Positions 1 to 9,794 of a DNA stretch of 61,530 nucleotides are shown in pieces. The DNA is from an uncultured Bacillota bacterium (GTDB lineage Bacteria; Bacillota; Clostridia; Christensenellales; UBA1242). Each line of letters starts with the position of its first letter. The first letter of the stretch is position 1. The notes below the pieces were generated by a model. The model saw nothing but the letters and a program-made list of their open reading frames with translations. It ran no database searches and was not told the origin of the DNA. The stretch covers positions 1 through 61,530 of the forward strand of contig CASEOW010000043.1 of the NCBI GenBank assembly GCA_949289785.1. The letters run 5' to 3'. Both the position numbers and the translations under genes were made by a program.

Positions 1-9
1 AGCTCTATT

Positions 10-69
10 ATATTATCACATCACTCTCTTAATTGTCAACACTTTTTTTAACTTTTTTTTACATTTTTT
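10..69 (-). promoter_or_regulatory. Strong sigmaA-type promoter firing out of the window (stable-RNA-like)
   Basis: Minus strand reads A-tracts, then TTGACA (39-34), 18 nt, TGn-TAATAT (15-10); the target lies outside the window. Confidence 0.6.
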
Positions 70-221
70 TATCTTTTTTCTTTTTCTTACTAAACGCCCA
101 GACGCGTTGTAATTACTGTTATTCCTTTTTATTTTTTTATTACTCTATTTATTATTTTTTTTTACTCCATTTGTTACTTTCTTTTATATTATTTATTCTG
201 AAATTTTGTTGTTTTATGTAT

Positions 222-250
222 AAAAAAATCTTAGATATAATCTAAGATTT
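222..250 (-). terminator. Intrinsic terminator after cmk
   Basis: Inverted repeat aaatcttagat/atctaagattt followed by a T-run on the minus strand. Confidence 0.7.
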
Positions 251-281
251 CTACTTTATTTAATATATTTTTTTTAAATCA

Positions 282-935
282 TTACTTTATATAAGTTAAA
301 ATTTTTTCTAATGTTTGTTCAAGATTTATATTGCTATTATCTATAATTATACTATCATTTGCAGGTTTTAATGGAGCAACTTTTCTATGCCTATTATCAA
401 AATCTCTTTTTCTTAAATCATCCAAAACTTTTTCATATGTTGGTGCATTAGGTTTATCTTTTATTTGTTCATATCTTCTTTTAGCCCTAATTTCTTCATC
501 AGCTGTTAAATAAAATTTATACTCTGCGTTTGGAAGAACAACTGTTCCTATATCTCTACCTTCTAAAATACAGTTATGTTCTTTAGCAAAATTTTGTTGT
601 AAATCTAAAATTTTTGCACGAACTTCTGGAAAACTAGAAATTTCAGAAGATAGCATGCTTATTTCTTCTTCTCTTAAATTTGGAGTAAAATCAATACCAC
701 ATACAAAAACATGTTGCACAGAATCAATAAATTTAATATCAACATCTATTTCTTTTACTAATTTATCTACAGTGTCTTTATTAATAGGTTTGTTAAATTT
801 GTATCTATAATAACAAGCTATACCTCTATAAAGAGCACCAGTATCAAGCATATAAAATCCTAATCTTTTTGATAAAAGTTTCGCAAGTTCACTTTTTCCA
901 CTTCCTACAGGACCATCTATAGCAATATTTATCAT
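282..935 (-). CDS. cmk: Cytidylate kinase
   Basis: IAIDGPVGSGKS P-loop, LDTGALYR, EGRDIGTVVLP, RAKRR. Confidence 0.97.
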   Translation of the reverse strand: MINIAIDGPVGSGKSELAKLLSKRLGFYMLDTGALYRGIACYYRYKFNKPINKDTVDKLVKEIDVDIKFIDSVQHVFVCGIDFTPNLREEEISMLSSEISSFPEVRAKILDLQQNFAKEHNCILEGRDIGTVVLPNAEYKFYLTADEEIRAKRRYEQIKDKPNAPTYEKVLDDLRKRDFDNRHRKVAPLKPANDSIIIDNSNINLEQTLEKILTYIK

Positions 936-979
936 TTTTTCTCCCCTTATAATATCTATTTTTAAAAATAATTAATTAC

Positions 980-1474
980 TTACTTCTTTTTGCGTGGCGA
1001 AAATATCATAGCAAAAAAAGAAGCAATAAGTACAATAATTAGACCATAACCAATACTCATAACTGGACTTCCATCTTTTATATTCTCTATTACAGATGAA
1101 ATTTGATTGTCTTTTGCAGTATATACTATCATCATTATAGAAGCAATAGAAGTAAACACAAAAAATGAAATCGAAGCAATCTTTGTTCCAACATAAGATT
1201 TATTATTTGTAGCCCTTGCAATTAAATTTAGCAAAGTTAAAAGTATCATTATTCCACAACTTACCATTGATAATATTAAAAATACATTACCTACAGTTAA
1301 ATATGTGTTTTGATTATCATTAAAAGAAATATTGTTATAACAATTCTTTTTTGAAAGACCAAATAAATCGCCTAATTCTGCTAAAGTCGCATTACCATAT
1401 ATTGCAAAAACAGGTTGTGAATACATAATAAACGATAATACACCTAAAAGCAAAGTTAATATCCCCCAAACCAT
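980..1474 (-). CDS. Hypothetical four-TM membrane protein
   Basis: Four hydrophobic segments, basic C-terminus, AAGGAG RBS. Confidence 0.75.
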   Translation of the reverse strand: MVWGILTLLLGVLSFIMYSQPVFAIYGNATLAELGDLFGLSKKNCYNNISFNDNQNTYLTVGNVFLILSMVSCGIMILLTLLNLIARATNNKSYVGTKIASISFFVFTSIASIMMIVYTAKDNQISSVIENIKDGSPVMSIGYGLIIVLIASFFAMIFSPRKKK

Positions 1475-1520
1475 AAAGACTCCTTTTATATACTATGATA
1501 TTTAAATTACTATAGTTATG

Positions 1521-1907
1521 TTAGTTTTCAAATAAACTTTGATAAATTTCTTTAGTAGTGTTATTAGCTAAAATTATTTTTGTTTTTAATATATTTTTTA
1601 TATTTTCGTCTTTTATTGAAGCTATGTATGAAGCAACACAAGCTGAAATATTATTCAAAGATTTAATTAATTCCATTATGTTAGGATAATCATAATCATT
1701 TGTTTTTTCATCGTTAATATCAAAATCTTCTTTTATTTCTTCAAATGTATCTTTAATTAATGCACGAACTAATATCTGTCCGTTTTTACTAAATTTTTGA
1801 CTATCTTCTACATTTCCATCATTTAAAGCAATTTCACTTTTAATAAAGAAATCACAAGCATTAGTAGCGGCTTCTAAAAGTTCTATTAGCTCATTGAATT
1901 CATCCAT
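1521..1907 (-). CDS. Hypothetical acidic helical protein
   Basis: 128-aa ORF overlapping the mscS stop, AAGGA RBS; no motif recognised. Confidence 0.7.
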   Translation of the reverse strand: MDEFNELIELLEAATNACDFFIKSEIALNDGNVEDSQKFSKNGQILVRALIKDTFEEIKEDFDINDEKTNDYDYPNIMELIKSLNNISACVASYIASIKDENIKNILKTKIILANNTTKEIYQSLFEN

Positions 1908-3030
1908 TTTTATTTCCTTTTATTACTTGATTTTCTTTTTTCTTAGATTTTTTCTGTTGAGTATTATTTTCTTTAGTTGTTATTTTTTCTTTATTCTTTT
2001 TGTTTATTAAAGTTAGATTTTCTTCATCACTTTTAATTAACGCAGTATTTTCACCAATAGACAATTTGTCGTTATTTTTAAATTTATTCTTATTTTTCCT
2101 TTTTTGCTTTTTAAAAATCTCAACAAAATCCATTTTTTCTAAATCGATTTTAAAATTTTCATCTCTAACTTTTTCTATTCTCTTAGGTAGACTTTTTCCT
2201 TCAACCGGCATTACTGGTTTATCCTTTCTTTCACGAATTTCAATTTGATCATAAGGAATAGAAATTTTATTTCGTTTTAGTTCATTAAACACGCCTTCCA
2301 TTAAATCATGATAAACAGTCCAATAATCTTCTGAATCGCACCAACATTTTGCAATAAATTCAATACTACTAGAATTTAAAGCATTTAATCTACAAAATGG
2401 TTCAGGGTTCAAAAGAACTTTTCCGTTACTATACATAACATCTTTTATAATTTTTTCAACTTGTTTAACATCACTTTCATAGCTTACATTAAATTTAATA
2501 TCAACCCTTCTAGTTTTGCTAGAATCGTAATCTACAACACAATTATTTACTATTGTGGAGTTTGGAATGGTAACTCTCTTGTTATCTGCAGTTAAAATAG
2601 TAGTAAAAAGAAAATTTATTTCAATAACATTACCTTCTTTCCCATCAACTTGTATATAATCACCCTTTTTAAACATTTTAGAAGAAACTACTATTATACC
2701 ATTAGCTGCATTAGCAATATTGTTTTCTAAAGCAAGACCTACAGCAAGTAATAATGCACTAATAGCTGTTAATAATCCTGTTAATTCAATTCCTATTATA
2801 CTTAAAAGAATTAAAACTAAACATAAATAAAACAACAATTTTAAAATTGCACATATGAACCCAACTGCTATAGGTTCCATTTTTGTTTTTTTTAATAATC
2901 TTCTAGTAATGTTAAGCAATATTTTTATAACTATAATTCCCAACAATAAAACTGCAAAGAATATAACTATATTCCAAGCATTAGTTTTAAAAAAATTTAC
3001 AATATCATTCCATATTTTATTCCAATCCAT
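1900..3030 (-). CDS. mscS: Small-conductance mechanosensitive channel with Lys-rich tail
   Basis: Three TMs, AVGLAL, FKKGDYI..G.EG.V.EI..T...DNKRVTIPNS, RRVDI. Confidence 0.92.
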   Translation of the reverse strand: MDWNKIWNDIVNFFKTNAWNIVIFFAVLLLGIIVIKILLNITRRLLKKTKMEPIAVGFICAILKLLFYLCLVLILLSIIGIELTGLLTAISALLLAVGLALENNIANAANGIIVVSSKMFKKGDYIQVDGKEGNVIEINFLFTTILTADNKRVTIPNSTIVNNCVVDYDSSKTRRVDIKFNVSYESDVKQVEKIIKDVMYSNGKVLLNPEPFCRLNALNSSSIEFIAKCWCDSEDYWTVYHDLMEGVFNELKRNKISIPYDQIEIRERKDKPVMPVEGKSLPKRIEKVRDENFKIDLEKMDFVEIFKKQKRKNKNKFKNNDKLSIGENTALIKSDEENLTLINKKNKEKITTKENNTQQKKSKKKENQVIKGNKNG

Positions 3031-3045
3031 GTTTATCTCCTGTAA

Positions 3046-3663
3046 TTATTCTTTAAAATTATTAATAGTTTTTTGTAATAAATTAAAAAATTGTCCAACC
3101 TCTTTTCCATCAAAGAAAGAATGATGAAATCTAAATGAAATATTTAATTTATAACGAAATAAATTTTTATGCATTTTTCCCCAAATCATAAAAGGTCTTA
3201 GGAAATCTTCTGTATAACCACATGAAACACTTTCAAACTCTCTATTTACTACTGCAGATGTGCTAACTAAAGCTTGATTATCAAGAAAAATATGTTCACA
3301 ATTTTCATAACAAACATTATTATAAAAATTATACAATTTTTCAAAATCTGAAAATGTTTTTTGATAAGGTATTCCAATATAACTATGTAATCCTATTTTA
3401 TTTTCTATAATCCAATTAACATAAACATTTTCAAAATATTTAATTGAATTATCATTATTAAAATCATAGTGAAAATTATCTATTAATTGACTTGCATTTT
3501 GTATACAATAGCAAATCATACAATTTAATTTATGTTTTTTCTTTCTCTTTACTAAATTTGTGATGTCAATTTTGGATGTTATAGTAAACATAGGATTTTT
3601 AGCAATCCTAAATCTTTCTACACGATTTTTATATTTAAAATTATCTAAATCTATAATTTTCAT
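3046..3663 (-). CDS. CatA-like (type A chloramphenicol acetyltransferase family) O-acetyltransferase, divergent
   Basis: KIIDL..F...R...F N-terminus, P...WGK, catalytic FHHSFFDG motif. Confidence 0.8.
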   Translation of the reverse strand: MKIIDLDNFKYKNRVERFRIAKNPMFTITSKIDITNLVKRKKKHKLNCMICYCIQNASQLIDNFHYDFNNDNSIKYFENVYVNWIIENKIGLHSYIGIPYQKTFSDFEKLYNFYNNVCYENCEHIFLDNQALVSTSAVVNREFESVSCGYTEDFLRPFMIWGKMHKNLFRYKLNISFRFHHSFFDGKEVGQFFNLLQKTINNFKE

Positions 3664-3748
3664 CTCTCACCTAGTTATTAGTTTAACATAAAATATAAAA
3701 TTTACAAATAAAAAGATAAAAATATTAATTTTTTTGTAGAATTTAAAT

Positions 3749-3784
3749 AAAAAAAAATAAAAGGAATTTCAAAATCCTTTTATC
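3749..3784 (-). terminator. Intrinsic terminator
   Basis: ataaaagga/tccttttat stem with a minus-strand T-run. Confidence 0.6.
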
Positions 3785-3794
3785 TTTTACATAT

Positions 3795-5846
3795 CTAAAT
3801 TTTTTCTGCAACTTTCCATGCACTCCAAACAACAGTTCTTAAATTTCCAATTTTTAAGGCATCTCCTATAACATGTATGTGTTTCTTTTCTTTAAAAATT
3901 GGATTAGGTGTATATCCAACAGATGATATAACATTATCACATTCAATTTTAAATTCATCTAAACCTTTTTGAACCACAACAAAATTATCATTAATTTCTT
4001 TTACAAAACTTTCAAGATAAACCTTTATATTATTATGTTTAAAATAATCTCTTAAATAAGATGAATTTGCAAGACATACTCCTCTTGTTGCAATTAAATC
4101 ATTTTTTGCTTCAATGATTATTGGTTGTTTACCTTCTAATGAAAGTTGATATGCTATTTCACATCCAGTAAGCCCTCCACCAATAACTACTACTTTTTGT
4201 CCCACTATATTATGATTTTCCAAATATTCTATCGCCTCTATTGTTTTATCAAAACCTTTTATATTTAATTTTTTAGGAATTGCTCCAGTAGCAACAACAA
4301 TTTCATCAGCTTTAATTTTTGATAAATCTTTAATTTCAGTATTATATTTTACTTCAATTTTAAGTTTGGATATTTGACGTTTATACCATTCAAGCAACAT
4401 TCTGTCGCGTTCTTTAAAATCCATTTTACCTGCAGAAATAAATACACCACCTAATTTATCAGTCTTTTCATAGATTGTTACATTATGTCCTCTTAATGTG
4501 GCAATTCTAGCAACTTCCATACCACCTAGACCGCCACCAATAACAGCTACAGTTTTTATCCTTTTAGCAGGCTTTATATCATACTTACCACCATCCATGG
4601 TCATTGGGTTTAGTGCACATCTAGACATGTGTTTTGAGTCTTGCATAGGTTGATCATTTGAAACACCTTCATAATGAGCCATGGTAAGACAAGCGTTATG
4701 ACAATAAATGCAAGGTTGAATATCTTCTACTTTATCTTCTAATAATTTTGTTACCCAATGGCTATCTGTTAAAAATTGTCTTGCTACACCCATAGCATCA
4801 ATTTCGCCATCTTCAATAGCTTTTGCAGCAGTATCAGCCTCCATTTTACCGGCACATACAACAGGAATAGAAACTGCTTGTTTAATTTTTGAAACATCTT
4901 CAAGATTACAATTCTTAGGCATATAAAGTGGTGGATGAGCCCAATACCAAGCATCATATGTCCCATTATCAGTATTTAACATATCATACCCTGCTTGTTC
5001 TAGATATTTAGCTGCTTTAATACCCTCATTTATATCACGACCAATTTCTTTAAAATCTTCTCCTGGTAATATACCCTCACAAAAATCTTTTGTTTTACTT
5101 ACTGCAGAATATCTTAAACTAACAGGATAATCATCTCCACATTCTTTTTTAATTGCTTTAACAACTTCTACAGCAAATCTATATCTATTTTCAAAACTTC
5201 CACCATATTCATCATTTCTATGATTAGTATATTCAAGTGTAAATTGGTCAAGAAGGTAACCTTCATGTACTGCATGTATTTCAACACCATCAATACCAGC
5301 GTCTTTACACAATTTAGAAGTTTTAGCAAAAGCTTTTATCATATCTTTAATTTCTTTTTTTGTTAAAGCTCTACATTGATATCCTTTAAGCCATCTTGAA
5401 GGTAATGGACTAGGACTTGCACACAAATAAGGTAAATTTATTACAGGCTTAAGTAAAGTTGACAAAAATTTATTTTTAATAATTGGAGCCATTGAATTTG
5501 GTATAGAAAAAGAACGACCAAAACCAGCTGTTAATTGAACAAACACTTTGGCGCCTGTCTTATGTAATTCTTCCATATAAGGTTTTAATTTTTTAAATGT
5601 TTTTTTACTTTTATATAACCATTGACCACCTATTAAATTTTTTAATGGTGCAATACCTGGTATAATAAGTCCAACATTATTTTTAGCCAAATCCATAAAA
5701 AAATCGCATGCATCTTTATCAAGATGATGTGGTTCCATCCAGCCAAATAGAGAAGTTCCTCCCATTGGACACAACACAATTCTATTTTTAATTTCTACAT
5801 TTCCTATTTTCCAAGGTGTAAATAGAGGTTGATACTTTTTATCCAT
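3795..5846 (-). CDS. NADH:flavin oxidoreductase, old yellow enzyme family (2-enoate reductase-like)
   Basis: IKNRIV.CPM, EIHAVHEGYLLDQF, RNDEYGGSFENR, CIYCHNAC Fe-S motif, two Rossmann GGG motifs. Confidence 0.92.
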   Translation of the reverse strand: MDKKYQPLFTPWKIGNVEIKNRIVLCPMGGTSLFGWMEPHHLDKDACDFFMDLAKNNVGLIIPGIAPLKNLIGGQWLYKSKKTFKKLKPYMEELHKTGAKVFVQLTAGFGRSFSIPNSMAPIIKNKFLSTLLKPVINLPYLCASPSPLPSRWLKGYQCRALTKKEIKDMIKAFAKTSKLCKDAGIDGVEIHAVHEGYLLDQFTLEYTNHRNDEYGGSFENRYRFAVEVVKAIKKECGDDYPVSLRYSAVSKTKDFCEGILPGEDFKEIGRDINEGIKAAKYLEQAGYDMLNTDNGTYDAWYWAHPPLYMPKNCNLEDVSKIKQAVSIPVVCAGKMEADTAAKAIEDGEIDAMGVARQFLTDSHWVTKLLEDKVEDIQPCIYCHNACLTMAHYEGVSNDQPMQDSKHMSRCALNPMTMDGGKYDIKPAKRIKTVAVIGGGLGGMEVARIATLRGHNVTIYEKTDKLGGVFISAGKMDFKERDRMLLEWYKRQISKLKIEVKYNTEIKDLSKIKADEIVVATGAIPKKLNIKGFDKTIEAIEYLENHNIVGQKVVVIGGGLTGCEIAYQLSLEGKQPIIIEAKNDLIATRGVCLANSSYLRDYFKHNNIKVYLESFVKEINDNFVVVQKGLDEFKIECDNVISSVGYTPNPIFKEKKHIHVIGDALKIGNLRTVVWSAWKVAEKI

Positions 5847-5865
5847 ATTTTTTCTCCTTTATAAT

Positions 5866-5894
5866 ATCTTAAAAAATAATAAAATAATTGTCAA
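5866..5894 (-). promoter_or_regulatory. sigmaA promoter of the oxidoreductase gene
   Basis: TTGACA-17-TAAGAT. Confidence 0.6.
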
Positions 5895-5961
5895 ATATAA
5901 TAAGAAAAATAATAATTATCTTTAAAATCAATTAATTAAAAATTATAACAATATTTTTATT

Positions 5962-6834
5962 TTATTCTTCATTTCTATTAATAATTTGTATAAGAAATTC
6001 TTTAAAATCTTTAGATATTTCTTCATCACACAAAGCCATTTCAACATTTGTTTTCATATAGTCAAGTTTATTTCCACAATCATATCTTTTTCCTTCATAT
6101 AAAAGACCTAAAATATCATTTTTTTCTTTAGACTTTACATTTAACGCATCAGTCAGTTGATATTCTCCATTTACAGTTGGTTTTATTTTTTCTAAATAAT
6201 CAAAAATATCTGGCGTTAAAAGATATCTACCCATTATAGCAATATTACTTTTAGTTTGATTCATTTTAGGCTTTTCTATTAAATTATTTATTTTAACTAA
6301 TTTATTTACACATTCACCTTCGACAATTCCGTATTTTTCTCTATCTTTATCATTAACTTCTTTTAATGCTATAATACTTTTACTTGTTTTTTCATACTCT
6401 TCAATTAATTGTTTAATTACTGGTTTTTTATTTATAAAAAATTCATCTCCACACAATACTATGAAAGGTTCATCTCCAACCCAATTTTTGGTAGATAAAA
6501 CAGCATCACCACTTCCCAAAATTCTCTTTGATTGCATAAAATAATAGTTAGCACTATTTTCAATATTTTTTAGATTTTGATATAAATCTTTTTTATTTTT
6601 ATTAATTAAAAATTCTTCAAGATCTACATTCTTACTAAAATGATTTTGGACTATATTACCATTTCCTGAAGTAACAAATAAAATTTCCTTAATATCACTT
6701 TTAATTAACTCATCAACAATTAATTGTATAATTGGAGTATATACAACACTTAGCATTGTCTTAGGAATAGCTTTACTAAAAGGCAAACATCTAACTCCAT
6801 AACCTGCGATTAATACAACTGCTTTTTTAATCAT
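5962..6834 (-). CDS. galU: UTP--glucose-1-phosphate uridylyltransferase
   Basis: IKKAV..AG.G.R.LP..KAIPK.ML, IEKP, GEYQLTDA, RYDCGNK. Confidence 0.9.
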   Translation of the reverse strand: MIKKAVVLIAGYGVRCLPFSKAIPKTMLSVVYTPIIQLIVDELIKSDIKEILFVTSGNGNIVQNHFSKNVDLEEFLINKNKKDLYQNLKNIENSANYYFMQSKRILGSGDAVLSTKNWVGDEPFIVLCGDEFFINKKPVIKQLIEEYEKTSKSIIALKEVNDKDREKYGIVEGECVNKLVKINNLIEKPKMNQTKSNIAIMGRYLLTPDIFDYLEKIKPTVNGEYQLTDALNVKSKEKNDILGLLYEGKRYDCGNKLDYMKTNVEMALCDEEISKDFKEFLIQIINRNEE

Positions 6835-6881
6835 TTTAACCTCAAAAATTTATAGATTATTTATTTTTATTTAAACAAATA

Positions 6882-8129
6882 CTAATTATTACAATTAAAC
6901 TGGTATTCAAAAAAGGATATGCAACATTTTTCCATAGTTTCTACATCTTTATAAGCTACTGTTTCTATAGTTGAATGCATCGCTAATTGTGCAATTCCAA
7001 TATCACAAGAATTCATTTGTAATAAAGAGCTTGTGAACAATCCTAAAGTCGATCCACATCGTATATCTGAATTACAATAAAAATCTTGATATTCTATATT
7101 ATTTTCTTCTAGCATTACTTTTATTTTACTAGAAGAATACGCGTCTGTTGAATAGTTTATATTATGTTTTATTACTATTCCTTTTCCTAGTTTTACTTGT
7201 TCAACAATATCACTTTTTTCGGGATGTGCTGGATGAATTGCATGGGCATTGTCAATAGAAAGAATTAAACCCTTATTACAAGCTTGAATAAACTTGGAAT
7301 TTGAAAAAGATAGAGAATTATTTATCATTTGTAATACAGAAGTAAGAAAAGAAGAATTTGCGCCTTGTTTTGTCATACTACCAATTTCTTCATTATCAAA
7401 GCAACAAGCTATACTTATACCACTTGAATTGCAATTACATATTCCCTGAATAATACACCAAACACTTATGAGATTATCTAATCTTGGTGAACACAAATAT
7501 TCATTTTTAAAACCTGATCTAAATGGTGACAAATCAGGAACTACAAACAAATCTGCATCTATTACATTTTTTATATTTAAAAATGAATATATATCTTCAA
7601 CATTTCCAGCTAAAGGTAATAAGTCATTTTGAACAGTAAATTTAACACCTTCATTCATATCTCTATTTTGATGAATTGCAAGACTTGGAATATTTACATT
7701 GTTTTTACTTTCTACAAGCTTTGAAATAATTTTTTCATTTTCTTTACAAAAAACACGTCCAGCAATTTTCATTGGGATATCAAATAAACTATAATAATTG
7801 ATAGAACCATATTTTTCTACATTGACTCTACTTCCTACTAAAGAAGGTATAAGTTTATTACCTTTGACTTTTAGAGATGGAGAATCAGTATGCGCTTCGG
7901 CAATATTAAAAAAATAATTATTTAAATTTCCAATAGTAAAAGCTATAATAGAACTTTGATTTTTAACAATATAATATTTTCCGCCTTTTTCTAGATTCCA
8001 ATTATCACTAAAAAATAATCTTTGAAAACCATATTCTTTTAAGATTATTTCACAATTTTCCGTGGTATGAAAAGATGTTAAAGACTTTTTTAAAAATTCT
8101 TCTAATTTCATATAACTTCTCCCTTTCAA
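6882..8129 (-). CDS. M18 family aspartyl aminopeptidase
   Basis: AHTDSP, RLDNL, FDNEEIGS, DNAHAIHP, CGSTLG, AMHS; true start may be the second Met (MKLEE) after an AAGGGAG RBS. Confidence 0.93.
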   Translation of the reverse strand: MKGRSYMKLEEFLKKSLTSFHTTENCEIILKEYGFQRLFFSDNWNLEKGGKYYIVKNQSSIIAFTIGNLNNYFFNIAEAHTDSPSLKVKGNKLIPSLVGSRVNVEKYGSINYYSLFDIPMKIAGRVFCKENEKIISKLVESKNNVNIPSLAIHQNRDMNEGVKFTVQNDLLPLAGNVEDIYSFLNIKNVIDADLFVVPDLSPFRSGFKNEYLCSPRLDNLISVWCIIQGICNCNSSGISIACCFDNEEIGSMTKQGANSSFLTSVLQMINNSLSFSNSKFIQACNKGLILSIDNAHAIHPAHPEKSDIVEQVKLGKGIVIKHNINYSTDAYSSSKIKVMLEENNIEYQDFYCNSDIRCGSTLGLFTSSLLQMNSCDIGIAQLAMHSTIETVAYKDVETMEKCCISFFEYQFNCNN

Positions 8130-8257
8130 AAAAATATGTTAATAAAGTAAATTATATTTAAAAGTAAAATTATTTTATTTATAATTGAAAAAGTATTTTA
8201 TTGAAAATGATAAACTTCCCCTATTAACACAATGTCTTTTAATAACAATTATATTTT

Positions 8258-8333
8258 TGGAGCTGATGGTGGGACTTGAACCCACGACCTACGCATTACG
8301 AATGCATTGCTCTACCGACTGAGCCACATCAGC
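8258..8333 (-). tRNA. tRNA-Thr(CGT)
   Basis: Reverse complement GCTGATGTGGCTCAGTCGGTAGAGCAATGCATTCGTAATGCGTAGGTCGTGGGTTCAAGTCCCACCATCAGCTCCA folds as a 76-nt cloverleaf with anticodon CGT and encoded CCA. Confidence 0.97.
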
Positions 8334-8530
8334 ATAAAAAACTATACTTTTATTTTATTAAGTTTTTTACGATTAAAATTACAAACTTTTTTACAAACAA
8401 AATAAAAACAACATATTTTATTAAATCATTAATATTTTATCATATTATTTTAATTTTCAAAACATTTTTAAAAAATTAATTTAATTATTAAAGTATTATC
8501 TTATATTCAAATAAAAGTTTTTTTTTAATA

Positions 8531-8558
8531 TTGACTTTTATTGAAATTATAGTATAAT
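8531..8558 (+). promoter_or_regulatory. sigmaA promoter of the ankyrin-repeat gene
   Basis: TTGACT-16-TATAAT followed by a GGAGG RBS. Confidence 0.6.
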
Positions 8559-8583
8559 ATTTATGTAAAATTGGAGGAAATAG

Positions 8584-9747
8584 ATGGATAAAGAAAAAAA
8601 TATTAAAGATACAGTAAATAAAATTTTAATAACTGCTATTCAAGATCATAATATTGAACTTGTAAGATCAGCAATAAAAGACGGCGCAAATATTAATATG
8701 AAACTTAATAATGGAATGTGTCTTATAGATTTTGCAATTATTTTAGGAAATGAGGAAATTTGCAATGAATTACTAAATCAACAAAATCTTCTTCTTGAAC
8801 AAGAAGGTTATACTCCAACATTTGTTACTGCTTTATTTTCACCAAATGAAAATATTTTTCAAAAAGTAATGAATAAAACTATAGAACAAAAAGGCAATTT
8901 TACTACCGATCAACTTAATAAGCTTTTTTATAAATCAGTAAAACTAAATAGTGTAACAGCTGCCAAAAGATTAGTGGATTTAGGAGTAGATGTAAATATT
9001 AAAATTAAAGGAAAAAAACAAAAAACTGAAAAAGATAACAATCCATTATTTTCTATGATAGACCAGCAAGTTGACCAATTTAAAGAATTTGAATCTTACA
9101 AACCTATGCTTGAAGTAGCAATTAATGATGGAAATTTTGAAATTTGCGAATTTCTTCTTAACAATAAAAATATAAAACTACAACAACCTAAGACAATTCA
9201 TGCTTTAAGCGCTGCGGAAATGAGTTCAAATGATAAAGTTTACAAATTGGTATTAGACAAAACTTTAAATGAAGTTCCAGATATCGAAAAAACTAATTTT
9301 TTATATGACACATTACTTTTATTACCTATGACTGCTCAAAATTATGCTAATTCAAAAACTTTTGGACCATATATTGAGAATGTAATAGAAAGAGCTAAAT
9401 TTATAACAAATCATAAAAATTTTTCTAGTATTAATCCTTACAACAATGAAACGGATTTTATCTATGATTTAATACAATCTTATTATTCACGCAAACATGA
9501 AATTGGATATTGTTGCTATGAAGATGTTATATTAGCTCTTCTTACTGAACATAAAGAAACAATTGATTTAAATAAAACTTATCCTAATGGACAAACACTT
9601 GAAAGCTTATTGACAAATATGATTAATCATTTGTCAAAAGAACAAAACACATCAGAAAATACGAAGTTTATAAAATCTGCAAATAAAATATTAGATAATA
9701 TTAAAGAACTTGTTAAAGAAAAAAACCAACAAACTGATAAACAGTAA
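8584..9747 (+). CDS. Ankyrin-repeat protein
   Basis: AI..HNIELVR..I.DGANIN, LIDFAI.LGNEEI...LL, LVDLGVDVN, LEVAI.DGNFEICEFLL. Confidence 0.8.
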   Translation: MDKEKNIKDTVNKILITAIQDHNIELVRSAIKDGANINMKLNNGMCLIDFAIILGNEEICNELLNQQNLLLEQEGYTPTFVTALFSPNENIFQKVMNKTIEQKGNFTTDQLNKLFYKSVKLNSVTAAKRLVDLGVDVNIKIKGKKQKTEKDNNPLFSMIDQQVDQFKEFESYKPMLEVAINDGNFEICEFLLNNKNIKLQQPKTIHALSAAEMSSNDKVYKLVLDKTLNEVPDIEKTNFLYDTLLLLPMTAQNYANSKTFGPYIENVIERAKFITNHKNFSSINPYNNETDFIYDLIQSYYSRKHEIGYCCYEDVILALLTEHKETIDLNKTYPNGQTLESLLTNMINHLSKEQNTSENTKFIKSANKILDNIKELVKEKNQQTDKQ

Positions 9748-9761
9748 TTTATATAAAATTT

Positions 9762-9794
9762 AAAAAAGCATATCCTTTAAAGATATGCTTTTTT
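9762..9794. terminator. Bidirectional terminator (ankyrin gene / rpsA)
   Basis: aaaaaagcatatc-ctttaaa-gatatgctttttt. Confidence 0.85.

Noticed and set aside
33-245. 70-aa F/L/Y-rich ORF
   Set aside because: Translation of T-rich promoter and terminator DNA; no RBS.
8276-8479. 67-aa ORF in the track
   Set aside because: It overlaps tRNA-Thr on the opposite strand and has no RBS; spurious.
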